From NCBI GenBank assembly GCA_965198115.1, contig OZ240241.1, positions 7,776,001-7,840,000 on the forward strand: DNA of 64,000 bases. The letters are read 5' to 3'. This stretch comes from Candidatus Latescibacterota bacterium (GTDB lineage Bacteria > Latescibacterota > UBA2968). Shown piece by piece: positions 41,226 through 50,693 of the stretch (positions within the stretch are counted from its first letter, which is position 1; the number at the start of each line of letters is the position of its first letter). The position numbers and the translations under genes were made by a program. The notes under the pieces were generated by a model. The model had not been told where the DNA came from, ran no database searches, and worked only from the letters and a program-made list of their open reading frames with translations.

Positions 41226-43114
41226 TCCAAATCCTTGACGAAGAATCCAGGCTACTCATTGACTGCGAGGAAGGAGACCTGGCTCCCCGTCACGCCAGCC
41301 AGTTGAGCTTCTGGGGATTCAGCCAGTCTTCTCCAGGTCACTTTATCGGGCCTCCTGGGGACTTGCAATCCCTAGGGAAGAAGGTCATCGACTACTTGGG
41401 ACGCTCCAACTGTCTCTATGAGTTAGCTGGCCACGTTGAGGAGCTGTTGGCAGAGCAACAAGAGGCTGAGCAGCATTACCAATCGGCTCGATCCAATGGC
41501 AGGCAACTGAAGGATGCGGACCTAAGCGAGGAAGACACTTCAGACTTTGTCTCCTTTCTCCGAACTCAGATCCCTCGATCTCTCAAAGAGCACCAACTGA
41601 AAGCAGCCCTGCACCTGTTGACCGTTACCAATGGAGCAAACTTCTCTGTGCCGGGAAGTGGGAAGACGACGGTGGTAGTATCCGTTTTTGAGAAGCTCAG
41701 ACAGCAAGGTGAGGTCGACTCACTTTTTGTCGTCGGTCCGCCCTCCTGCTTTGGTCCGTGGCGACACGAGTATGGCGAAGTGCTTGGACGTGAACCGTCA
41801 TTCGAGATTCTTGCTGGCGGCGATATCGAATTGCGTCATTCGAAATACCTAATCACTCGAGAATCGGCGGCGGATCTCTATTTGACGACGTTTCAGACGC
41901 TGCAGCGTGATTGGGAGCAAGTGAAGCTCCTCTTCGAGACGCAAGGTGTAAGGTTTTACTTTGTGGTCGATGAAGCACATTATGTAAAGCAGCCTGGGGG
42001 AGCTTGGGCAAACGCCGTTCTTGAAGTTGCCCCGCTGGCTACAAGGAGAGTTGTACTTACTGGAACTCCTTTCCCTCACAGCTTCACCGATGCTTTCAAC
42101 CTCTTCGATGTGATCTGGCCAGAGGCCAACCCCATACCCGAAGAAACTCGTCACAGGATCGAGATTCTCACCCAGAAGAAGCAGTACCACGAGGCCGCCA
42201 CTCATCTTGATAATCTTATAGGACCACTCTTCTATCGTGTCCGGAAGTCTGATCTCGGTCTTGCCCCTCAGATATTTCATCCTCCAACACAGATCCAGAT
42301 GAAGGAGAACGAAAAGAAGGTTTACGACCTGGTGCTGGATAGAATAGCCGAGATATCCTCATCAGACTATATGCGAAATATAGATCTGCTCGTTAGGTTG
42401 AGAAAGGGACGAATGATGCGAGTCCGGCAGTGCCTCTCATATTCTGCACTACTTGGGAATGAGGTGACGGACTACAACGAGGACTTGCTAGAGGGAGAAA
42501 TGTCCCTCGCTGACATCATCAAGCACTATGACGAGATCGAGATGCCTGGAAAGGTTGAGTATCTCCTTGAGCTTGTCAGAGGCCTGCGGGAGCGGGACGA
42601 GAAGGTAGTCATTTGGTCTAACTTTATCCGAACACTCGATATGCTTCGCGATGCTATCGCAGAGATTGCCCAAGTGAGACTTATTTACGGGGCAACTCCT
42701 GTAGAAAAGACAGGCGTCGAAGAAGAGCTCACGAGAGACGAGATAATTCAGGAGTTCGTTGACCCTGATAGCAAAATCGATGTATTACTGGCGAATCCGG
42801 CAGCTTGTGCTGAGTCGATTTCCCTCCACAAGACTTGCTCAAATGCTATTTACTATGATCTCTCCTACAATTGCGCTCAATACGTGCAGTCTCTCGATCG
42901 AATCCATCGTGTTGGTGGTTCTGAGGACAAACCCTCACACTACTACTTTCTTCAGTATGAGAACACGATTGAGCCCGATATACTAGAGAATGTGCAGCGG
43001 AAGGCTCAGCGTATGAGCGATATCATCGATGAAGAATACCCGATCTACTCCCTCGATATGTTCGGAGATGAGGACGAAATCCAAGCCTATGAGCGTATCT
43101 TTATCCAGCGATGA
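41222..43114 (+). CDS. SNF2-family helicase/ATPase, 630 aa
   Basis: ANFSVPGSGKT, VVDEAH, LTGTP, KVVIWSNF, AESISLH and QSLDRIHRVG motifs; ATGA overlap with the upstream gene. Confidence 0.9.
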   Translation: MIQILDEESRLLIDCEEGDLAPRHASQLSFWGFSQSSPGHFIGPPGDLQSLGKKVIDYLGRSNCLYELAGHVEELLAEQQEAEQHYQSARSNGRQLKDADLSEEDTSDFVSFLRTQIPRSLKEHQLKAALHLLTVTNGANFSVPGSGKTTVVVSVFEKLRQQGEVDSLFVVGPPSCFGPWRHEYGEVLGREPSFEILAGGDIELRHSKYLITRESAADLYLTTFQTLQRDWEQVKLLFETQGVRFYFVVDEAHYVKQPGGAWANAVLEVAPLATRRVVLTGTPFPHSFTDAFNLFDVIWPEANPIPEETRHRIEILTQKKQYHEAATHLDNLIGPLFYRVRKSDLGLAPQIFHPPTQIQMKENEKKVYDLVLDRIAEISSSDYMRNIDLLVRLRKGRMMRVRQCLSYSALLGNEVTDYNEDLLEGEMSLADIIKHYDEIEMPGKVEYLLELVRGLRERDEKVVIWSNFIRTLDMLRDAIAEIAQVRLIYGATPVEKTGVEEELTRDEIIQEFVDPDSKIDVLLANPAACAESISLHKTCSNAIYYDLSYNCAQYVQSLDRIHRVGGSEDKPSHYYFLQYENTIEPDILENVQRKAQRMSDIIDEEYPIYSLDMFGDEDEIQAYERIFIQR

Positions 43115-44066
43115 TGACCCCTTTGATGGACTCACTTGGCGACAAGTCCTAACGTTAGTGCAGGTAGTCGAAGGAACGGATTACGACAATACAGAATACT
43201 TATCTCGAAGGTATCAGGAACAGGCTCCGAACTTTCCCCAAACACTGGAGTTCCTCCTCTGCATTTCTGAAGTCGGCGGCGAGACTTCCCGCCTCCGTTC
43301 TTTGCTTTCATCGCCGAACATAACGCAAGCGCAGTCCTGGATTATCGACAGACTCCTCGGCTTCAACCATGTTTATCGGAAAGAGATCGATAGATACTTG
43401 CAGAACTTCTCTGTCACAGAGGGTGAGCCACGAAATCATCCCGCCCCTGCGACTAGACACCTCCAGAGCAATGTCCGAAACTTTCTTATAGAACTGGGTA
43501 TAGTTCGACACAACATTGAATCAGATTACTACTACGTCACCCCGGCACACATCAGGATCTACGTTGCAGCAGAGGAGCGCGGAAAAAGAAGACTATCCCC
43601 CTCTAAGAGAGCGTCGTCACAGATAGAGAGAGAGGAACTCGGAACCGCTGCTGAAGAGAGAATAATGGAATACGAAAGGGATCGATTGGGAGCTGAATAC
43701 GGGGACCAGATAGAGCACATAGCGGCCGTTGATGCAGCTGCAGGTTATGATATTCGGAGCGTTACTGTTGATCCCTCCGGGAGCACCATTCCTAGATATA
43801 TAGAAGTGAAAGCGGTTCCGCTGGAGTTATATCGATTTTACTGGTCAAGGACAGAAGTTCTCACGGCGCAGAATCTTGGTGACTGGTATTTTCTGTATCT
43901 CCTACCAGTGTTGAGGGATGGCATATTCGAAATGAGCAAGTTGAAGCAATTCCGGAATCCTGCTCACTCGGTCCTGGCAGATCCGGACTCCTGGGATATC
44001 GACTCAGACGTTCTTCTGTGCAGCCTGAGAGAAGAAGCTGGGGAGCAAGGCAATGTCTCAGAGTAA
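43089..44066 (+). CDS. DUF3883-domain PD-(D/E)XK nuclease-like protein
   Basis: ELGTAAEERIMEYERDRL...AAGYDIRS...YIEVK...FYWSRTE..A..LGDWYFLY; ATG 43089 overlaps the SNF2 3' end. Confidence 0.8.
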   Translation: MSVSLSSDDDPFDGLTWRQVLTLVQVVEGTDYDNTEYLSRRYQEQAPNFPQTLEFLLCISEVGGETSRLRSLLSSPNITQAQSWIIDRLLGFNHVYRKEIDRYLQNFSVTEGEPRNHPAPATRHLQSNVRNFLIELGIVRHNIESDYYYVTPAHIRIYVAAEERGKRRLSPSKRASSQIEREELGTAAEERIMEYERDRLGAEYGDQIEHIAAVDAAAGYDIRSVTVDPSGSTIPRYIEVKAVPLELYRFYWSRTEVLTAQNLGDWYFLYLLPVLRDGIFEMSKLKQFRNPAHSVLADPDSWDIDSDVLLCSLREEAGEQGNVSE

Positions 44067-45015
44067 ATACCTTATCCCCACTCATGATGAGCATTCGCTG
44101 GCCGAAAAGCCCACGAGAGCTCCCTTTGGCTACTATGGGGCCAAGCAGACAATCGCACAGAAAATAGTAAAGATGCTCCCTCCCCATAATGCCTGGGTGG
44201 AAGGATTCTGTGGTTCGGCTGCAATTACGCTGGCCAAGAAGCCGGTCCCGATCGAGGTGATCAATGACAAGGATAACCAGATAGTCAATCTTTTCTCCCA
44301 ACTCCGGGACAATTCAGAAGAGCTGCGCCGGGCAGTTGAACTTACTCCATATGCTAGAGAGGAGTTCGAGATCGCCCGAGACTATGTGGTAAACAGGGAT
44401 AGAGGGAGCCTCCCCCCGCTCGAACAAGCCCGCCGATTTCTGGTCGCCACGATGATGACAGTGAACGGAACTATTGGTACTCGTTCCGGGTGGTCATATT
44501 CTCAGTCGTATTCGAGATCTGGGCGAGAAGCTCGTGTCAATCGCTGGTGCAATCTGCCAGAAAGACTTGAGAAGGTGGTGGAAAGACTACGAGGAATCCG
44601 AGTTGAGAACAGAGATGCCTGTGAGATGGTCGAGCTATTTGAGGACCGGCCTGCAACCCTGATGTATCTCGACCCACCCTACTACACAAAGCGAGAACAC
44701 GACTATATCATTGATGCGCGAGACGAGGGGTTCCACAAGAAACTCCTAAAGGCGTGCCTAAAGTCTCGGTGTATGCTGCTAATCAGCGGATACCAGAATG
44801 ACCTCTACGATGAGCTGCTGACAGCAGAACGTGGCTGGTCCAAGAAGGAGATAAAAACTAAGACTCGCGATACCACAGGGATAGACTACTCTCGAACAGA
44901 AGTTCTGTGGATGAATTCGGTGTTCGAAAAAGCAAAGGAGTCCGAGAAGCTACCATTGAGACTTACCAAACGGGAGATATACGACCAGAAGATCAATCCG
45001 CCAAGGAAGCGCTGA
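44053..45015 (+). CDS. DNA adenine methyltransferase (D12/Dam class)
   Basis: FGYYGAK, VEGFCGSAAI, EVINDKD, YLDPPY and TEVLWMN motifs. Confidence 0.92.
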   Translation: MSQSKYLIPTHDEHSLAEKPTRAPFGYYGAKQTIAQKIVKMLPPHNAWVEGFCGSAAITLAKKPVPIEVINDKDNQIVNLFSQLRDNSEELRRAVELTPYAREEFEIARDYVVNRDRGSLPPLEQARRFLVATMMTVNGTIGTRSGWSYSQSYSRSGREARVNRWCNLPERLEKVVERLRGIRVENRDACEMVELFEDRPATLMYLDPPYYTKREHDYIIDARDEGFHKKLLKACLKSRCMLLISGYQNDLYDELLTAERGWSKKEIKTKTRDTTGIDYSRTEVLWMNSVFEKAKESEKLPLRLTKREIYDQKINPPRKR

Positions 45016-45061
45016 CTCCCATCCCAACCAGAGCAAATGATGTCAGAATCCAATCTCCCCA

Positions 45062-46435
45062 GAGCTCAGGTCAATAGGTGTGTAAAAGAAATCAGGCGGC
45101 CATCTTCCCGGTTTCGACCTGCGGTCCGGTTGAGTGTTTCTGATCGTAGACTTGTTGTAGCAAGTGTGGCGCGGTGAGTTTCCTGAATCGGCTCTCTGCG
45201 ACCTTGAGCGTACGCCAGATGAGAGCCGTGGCGTTCCTGACTTTCTTGAATCGCCTGGCGGCGTTTGTGCGAAGCCGAACGGAAGCAAAGGGGCTCTCGA
45301 CGACGTTCGTGGTTCTCAGGTGTTTCCAGTGTTCCTTCGGGAAGTCGTAGAACGTGACCATCCGATCCCAGTCTCTTTCGAGCGTCTCCACGGCGGCAGG
45401 GAACTGTGAGCGATACCGTGCGGCAAAGCGTTTCCGGAGCTTCTCGGCCTCCTTTTTCGTGCCGGCATAGGGGATCTGGACGAGCAGTGCGCGGGCTTCA
45501 GCCTGTGCACGCTTGGCGACCTTGTCGAGCACGTTGAGGATCTTGTGGTTCCAGCACCGTTGTTGCCGGCTCTCTGGCCAGACCTGATCAACGGCCGCCC
45601 AGATGCCCATATTCCCGTCCGCGGCGATCAGGACAGGATGTTCGAGCCCGCGATCCCGGAGATCCCGGAGCACCGTGAGCCAGGATTCTGTAGACTCTCG
45701 ATAACCGGGTTCTATCGCCAGGATCTCCTTGCTGCCGTCGCTCATCGCGCCGATCACGACCAGCAGACACGCCTTCTCGCGCTCGAGCCCGGCTTTGACG
45801 TAGATGCCATCAGCCCAGGCGTAGACCAGTTCGCGATTATCCAGACGCCTTTCTTTCCAGTCCTGGAAGTCGACCTCCCACTTCCCTCGAAGACGAGCGA
45901 TCGAGGTCGGCGAAAGCGGCGCGCCATCACCGAGCAGCGCACGCAAAGACAACTCGAAGTCGCCCTGGGAGAGACCGTGGAGATAAAGGTCGGGAAGCAG
46001 ATCTCCAATGGCCCTGGTTCTCCGGGCGAACAGGGGGAGGATGCGGCTTTCAAACCGCTCTTCCAGACCACGAACCCGGGGACGCCGGACCTTGATCGTT
46101 CCGCAGCTCGTCGAGAGACGCCGGGGCTTGCCGTAGCCGTTCCTGTAGCCCCTGGAGCTATCGACCTCGGCTCGGCGCTCATACCACGACCGGCCCAAGA
46201 ACGCGGTCGCCTCCTCCTCCAGAATGGACTGGAACCGGCCCTGGATCTCTTCACGGATCCAATCGTCAACCGTCTCCCACGTCGGCATGGACTTCAATGG
46301 GGCTCTATGCGTATGTTCCTTCACGGCGATCCTCCTTCCCAACCGGGCCTCTCACCCGGTTTTGTGTGAATCAACTATCTCACGGGAAGGGTAGGGTCGC
46401 CCTTTCTCTTTTTCCACACCTTTTGATTATAGCTC
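45062..46435 (-). mobile_element. IS256-family IS (type C), intact
   Basis: IRs GAGCTATAATCAAAAGGTGTGGAAAA / GAGCTCAGGTCAATAGGTGTGTAAAA; TSD TCTCCCCA. Confidence 0.95.
45092..46342 (-). CDS. IS256 family transposase
   Basis: YRNGYGKPR, WADGIY, ADGNMGIW, QRCWNHK and RTTNVVES motifs. Confidence 0.95.
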   Translation of the reverse strand: MGRRIAVKEHTHRAPLKSMPTWETVDDWIREEIQGRFQSILEEEATAFLGRSWYERRAEVDSSRGYRNGYGKPRRLSTSCGTIKVRRPRVRGLEERFESRILPLFARRTRAIGDLLPDLYLHGLSQGDFELSLRALLGDGAPLSPTSIARLRGKWEVDFQDWKERRLDNRELVYAWADGIYVKAGLEREKACLLVVIGAMSDGSKEILAIEPGYRESTESWLTVLRDLRDRGLEHPVLIAADGNMGIWAAVDQVWPESRQQRCWNHKILNVLDKVAKRAQAEARALLVQIPYAGTKKEAEKLRKRFAARYRSQFPAAVETLERDWDRMVTFYDFPKEHWKHLRTTNVVESPFASVRLRTNAARRFKKVRNATALIWRTLKVAESRFRKLTAPHLLQQVYDQKHSTGPQVETGKMAA

Positions 46436-46742
46436 TCTCCCCAAGACTTGGAATGACAATGCAATAGTCCCCCTGGTAAGGGGGCTTTCCGCTTGCCTTC
46501 CGGTTTTGCGCGCGCGTCGGTGATCCGATCCGTCCCACGAACGTCCAAGCGAGGAACGAGCGGGTTGAGTGGCTTGACGGTCGGAGGCTCCCGACTATCC
46601 TACTGTATGTGCAGGACGGTATGGAATACACGGACAAACCAAGCCCCTCTCCACCTGTCAAGCGCGTTCTCCCGTCTGTGGGAGAGCGTGGTTGCGCAAG
46701 CAACAAAGGGCGCAGTCGCACTCCGAGCGGCGAGCGAGGCAA

Positions 46743-47030
46743 TCCAGCGCCCCGGGGTTTTCTTGGACACTCCGTTGACTTACAGTAGGTCGAAAAGGAG
46801 GGTCCACCATGAGCAAGGCTACCAGGGGATCGGTTGGGGCGGAGCGAGCGAACGCGAGCGAGCGGAGGCCCAGCCGATCCAAGCGCGACTTCGCGGGGTC
46901 GTTTCTCCGTGAAGAAGAAGGCCGAAGCCGTATTACGTGTGATGCGTGGCGAGAGCCTCGACAGCGTCTCTCGCGATCTGGGAGTAACGGCAGCTAAATT
47001 GAGCGAGTGGCGCGATCTCTACAACCGTCT
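46743..47030 (+). mobile_element. IS3-family remnant (left IR plus orfA fragment)
   Basis: CAGCGCCCCGGGGTTTTCTTGGACAC; RGRFSVKKKAEAVLRVMRGESLDSVSRDLGVTAAKLSEWRD. Confidence 0.65.
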
Positions 47031-47090
47031 GTCTACCAATAGGTTAACCGTTCTTCGTGGTCCATGATTTTCCAGAAAATGGGGTCAATT
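47031..47090 (-). repeat. Repeat 'X', copy 3 (terminal ~60 bp only)
   Basis: CTGTCTACCAATAGGTTAACCGTTCTTCGTGGTCCATGATTTTCCAGAAAATGGGGTCAATT. Confidence 0.9.
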
Positions 47091-47114
47091 ATCTCGAACG
47101 GACAGGAGCGAAGA

Positions 47115-47770
47115 GAGTTCGTCTTCGGCCGCGTCAGTGGCTTCGGCCTCGGTCAAGAGTCTGCGCACTTCGGCCTCGATCTCGGCTTCTTTCTTCTTCA
47201 TCCGGCCGTAGCTCATCGCTTTGTGTTTTGAGGCATTTGCTTTGACTTTCGTGCCATCCAACGCCACGTGTCCCAGCTTCACCAGACCTGCCTTCACGCA
47301 GAGACACAGCACTTGCCTGAACAGACCTGAGAGGGCATCCAGATGCCGTTGACGAAAGGTCGATATCGTGTCGTGATCAGGATGCTGATCCAGGCTGAGC
47401 ACACGGAAAGCAACCGAGTCATAGGTCGCACGCTCGATCTTGCGGGAACTCCTGATGCCTTCACAGTAACCATACAGCAGTAGGCTCACCATCATCCGGG
47501 GATCATACGGTGGCTGGCCACCTTGAGACCCATCGTAGGTCTCGTAGATCGCGGACAAATCAAGTTGTCCGACGATATCCAGAATGAAGTAGGTCGGATG
47601 ACCCTTGGGAAGCCAACTCCGGAGATCCGGAGGCAGCAACATCAACTGAGCCGGATTGTAGACACGAAACCGAGTAGAAGTGCTCAACGGAAACCTCCAA
47701 TTCAGAGTCGGAACCTTGATCGCACTTCTACAATACGAAATCTTCCTCCGGCTGGGTACTCCGACAGGCT
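47115..47770 (-). mobile_element. IS1182-family IS, 3'-truncated transposase
   Basis: LLPPDLRSWLPKGH, GQPPYDPRMM, SSRKIERA, PDHDTI and ALDGTKVKANAS motifs; end GAGCCTGTCGGAGTA. Confidence 0.88.
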
Positions 47771-47822
47771 CCGCCCGATTCAATGGGTCACTCCGCTTAC
47801 CAGAAGGAACCCCTGTTCCCCG

Positions 47823-48734
47823 TTACCCCTCCGGGGTATCCGTCAGAATGTCCTCGATGCGTGCCAGGGTCTCCTCTGACAGATCGAGCTCTCCCGCTAC
47901 GAGATGATCATTCACCTGATCCGGTTTTTTCGCGCCAACCAGCACGCAACTGACTGCCTTTTCGCGTAGACACCAGGCGATCGCGAGTTGAACCATCGTG
48001 ATCCCCAGGTCAGCGGCAACCACCTTCAGGCGAGCCACAAGCGCGCAGTAGCGCTCGAACAGTTCGCCCTGAAAGCGAGGAGAATTCGATCGCTCGTCGT
48101 CGTCCGGAAAAACGTGACCGGGCGCGTACTTCCCTGTCAACAGCCCTTTACCCAGAGGGCTGTGGGCAAGGTTTCCAATCCCCTTTTCTTCACAATAGGG
48201 CAGATCTTCCACCTCGATTTTGCGATCGACCAGGTTGTAGCGGGGCTGACTCGAATGGAACGCCGCGATGCCGTACGCCTCTTCCATCTGAGAGGCGTTG
48301 AAATTGGAAACCCCGAGATATCGAGTCTTACCTTCTTCCTGCAGCCGTGCCATGGCCTCCATCGTCGCCTCGATCGGGTAACGATCGGCCCCCCAGCTGT
48401 GTACCTGATACAGATCCACGTGATCGACGTTCAACGCCTGCAGACTGTTGTCCATCGCCGTCTTCACATCTTTCGGTGAATAGTCACGGCTTACTTTCGT
48501 CGCGAGGAAGCAGCGATCGCGATATCCGTCCCGGAGCGCCTTTCCCAACGTCGACTCACTCGTTCTGTAAGCTTGCGCCGTGTCCAGCAGAGTGATCCCG
48601 CCGTCGATCGCCGCACGTACGGTCGCAATCGATGCGGATTCGGCCATCGCTCCCATCCCGCCCCCAATCGGCCAGGCACCCAGCCCGATGACCGATACGT
48701 CTGAACCTCCTCGACCCAACTCACGCGTTCTCAT
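47823..48734 (-). CDS. Aldo/keto reductase
   Basis: IGLGAW, DTAQAY, LATKV, DLYQVH, GVSNF and SPLGKGLLTG motifs. Confidence 0.93.
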   Translation of the reverse strand: MRTRELGRGGSDVSVIGLGAWPIGGGMGAMAESASIATVRAAIDGGITLLDTAQAYRTSESTLGKALRDGYRDRCFLATKVSRDYSPKDVKTAMDNSLQALNVDHVDLYQVHSWGADRYPIEATMEAMARLQEEGKTRYLGVSNFNASQMEEAYGIAAFHSSQPRYNLVDRKIEVEDLPYCEEKGIGNLAHSPLGKGLLTGKYAPGHVFPDDDERSNSPRFQGELFERYCALVARLKVVAADLGITMVQLAIAWCLREKAVSCVLVGAKKPDQVNDHLVAGELDLSEETLARIEDILTDTPEG

Positions 48735-48749
48735 AGTTCCTCCGTTCAG

Positions 48750-49664
48750 TCATGCGCCTGCGAGCGCGACCAGGACGACGCCCAGAACAAGCACTGCAGT
48801 CCCCAGAATCTTGGCACCCGCAGCCGGCTCACGCAACAAGACGATTCCCATGAAGACACCGATCGGGATACTGATCTGCCGAAACGCGACGATATAGCTG
48901 ACGTTCTCGGCGTAAGCCATTGCCAGAAGCACGAATGCGTATGTCAACGTGATCCACCCGCCCGTCAAGGCCGGTATCAGAAGACCCCCACGCACAGTCG
49001 CGACGAGTACCTGACGATTGTCTCGCCGTAGTACTGCGCCCAGGAAGAGCCAGCACGCAGTCGTCGCCGCTTGAAGGCACGCATAAACCAGAGTGACATA
49101 GGCAGGTGCGAGGTGTGAGTTCGCCGACCTGAGACGCGCGAGTGCTGTATCGTCGACAATCGCGTAGCCTGTCGTCCCCAGCGCTGCGAGGAGGGCGAAC
49201 GCGAAACCCGGGTGCAGGTACACCGACAGTCTGAACGCCGTGACGCTTCGAAGCGGAACCAGGAGACTCCCCACCACGATCAGCACAGCACCTGGCCAAT
49301 AGCCTGGAGTGATCGCATCCGGATTGTGGCCGATCAGGACGCTCACGATGGCGACGAACAAGGCTGGCGCGGCACGGGCTACCGGATACGCGATCGAAAG
49401 CTCACCCGTGCGGTAGGCCGCCGCAAGGGAGCCGAGGTAAACCGCTTCGAGGAATCCGGCTCCCGTAACGAGCACCACATCGTACGCGACCATCGATCCT
49501 GGCACAGCCGGAAACAGAATCAGGATCGGGGACAGGAGAAGGGCGCCTCCTGTGATGGCCACGAGGAAGAACACCAGCGTGGGCACCCGATGTTTGCCGA
49601 ACGCGTTCCACCCCGCGTGCATCACGGCCGAAACGAGCAGAAGGACAATCGCGAATGATTGCAT
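48750..49664 (-). CDS. DMT/EamA family transporter
   Basis: About ten TM segments; SAVMHAGWN and AYRTGELSIAYPVAR motifs. Confidence 0.88.
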   Translation of the reverse strand: MQSFAIVLLLVSAVMHAGWNAFGKHRVPTLVFFLVAITGGALLLSPILILFPAVPGSMVAYDVVLVTGAGFLEAVYLGSLAAAYRTGELSIAYPVARAAPALFVAIVSVLIGHNPDAITPGYWPGAVLIVVGSLLVPLRSVTAFRLSVYLHPGFAFALLAALGTTGYAIVDDTALARLRSANSHLAPAYVTLVYACLQAATTACWLFLGAVLRRDNRQVLVATVRGGLLIPALTGGWITLTYAFVLLAMAYAENVSYIVAFRQISIPIGVFMGIVLLREPAAGAKILGTAVLVLGVVLVALAGA

Positions 49665-49805
49665 CAGTCAGGTGCGTCCCCCCGCCAACCCCACATCTCT
49701 TCAGCAGTGAGCCACAAGGGCGAAGCCGTCTCTGCTGTCATCTGTCTTCTGTACTCTGTCATCTGACAACAGGGCGAAGCCATCCTATCTGCCCACGGCC
49801 CACCG

Positions 49806-50618
49806 TCACTCGTACTTCCTCTTCCACTTCCAACTGTCGCTGCCCGAAATCAGAGGCTGAATCTCCTCGGGTAACGTACTTACGAAAGCGGGATCCACTT
49901 CATTGCCCGGCCATTCACGTAGCATCGGAGGCGTGTAGCCCGAAACGAGAATCACTCGCTCGCGGTCGCTTTTGATCTTCGTCGTGCTGTGGATGAGCGA
50001 TTCGGGAAACAGCAACACGGACCCGGCCTTGGCCTCCACCTGATATATGAGCCCGGCGTCTGCCATCGCAGCCTCGATCATCTCATCCTTGTCCCACGTC
50101 ATCCGATGACTGCCTGGAATTACCGACGTACCACCGTCGTCGGGCCCCACGTCGGTCAGATAGGCCAGCGTCTTCACGAACAGACAGTGAAACCGATCTC
50201 CTTCCTGATAGCATCCCCAGGTGGGGGTGGTGCCACGATGAAAGCCTGTCGGGTGGGTCCGACGTGTAGAGAGCTCTTCATCCGTGTCCTCGGGATTCCG
50301 TCGATTGATAATCGCTTCCGACTCCTCCAGCCGGACCCTTCCCCCAACCACCTCTTCTACCAAAGGCACGAGCTCTGGATGCGTCGCATAGCTCAGAAGC
50401 GCGGGATCGTAGGCGACGAGATTACCCATCAACATTCGGTCGCCCTCGCCTTGTCTATAGATCCCTTTTGATTCCGCATCGGGATCGTCCCTCATCCGTA
50501 AAAGGGCCTCTCTACTCGCTCCAACTTCCTCCTCGTTCAGCACCTCCTCCAGGAGCACGTATCCATAGGCGTCGAACTGGAATCGTTGAGCCTTTGTCAG
50601 GCGTACGTCTGTTCCCAT
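49806..50618 (-). CDS. Phytanoyl-CoA dioxygenase (PhyH) family protein
   Basis: FDAYGYVLLEEVL, FHRG, YLTDVGPDDGGTSVIPGSH and AGSVLLFPESLIH motifs. Confidence 0.88.
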   Translation of the reverse strand: MGTDVRLTKAQRFQFDAYGYVLLEEVLNEEEVGASREALLRMRDDPDAESKGIYRQGEGDRMLMGNLVAYDPALLSYATHPELVPLVEEVVGGRVRLEESEAIINRRNPEDTDEELSTRRTHPTGFHRGTTPTWGCYQEGDRFHCLFVKTLAYLTDVGPDDGGTSVIPGSHRMTWDKDEMIEAAMADAGLIYQVEAKAGSVLLFPESLIHSTTKIKSDRERVILVSGYTPPMLREWPGNEVDPAFVSTLPEEIQPLISGSDSWKWKRKYE

Positions 50619-50693
50619 CTGCTCAATCCCATTGGGTAAGTGAGTGTCGACCAGTATCCGCCCGACAAACAGGGCGCGCAACCAAAGAAAAAC

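Noticed and set aside
26799-45015. DISARM system (DrmB-like helicase, SNF2 and methylase)
   Set aside because: The DrmB-like helicase is 10 kb from the operon and on the opposite strand, no DrmA or intact DrmC is visible, and the SNF2 protein is much shorter than DrmD.
23879-46435. Composite transposon formed by the two inverted IS256-C copies
   Set aside because: The right copy has its own TSD (TCTCCCCA) on both sides, showing an independent insertion; the outer flanks do not match.
46590-46625. LexA/SOS box near a TTGACG-N17-TATCCT promoter-like sequence
   Set aside because: It does not complete CTGT-N8-ACAG, and no intact gene follows.
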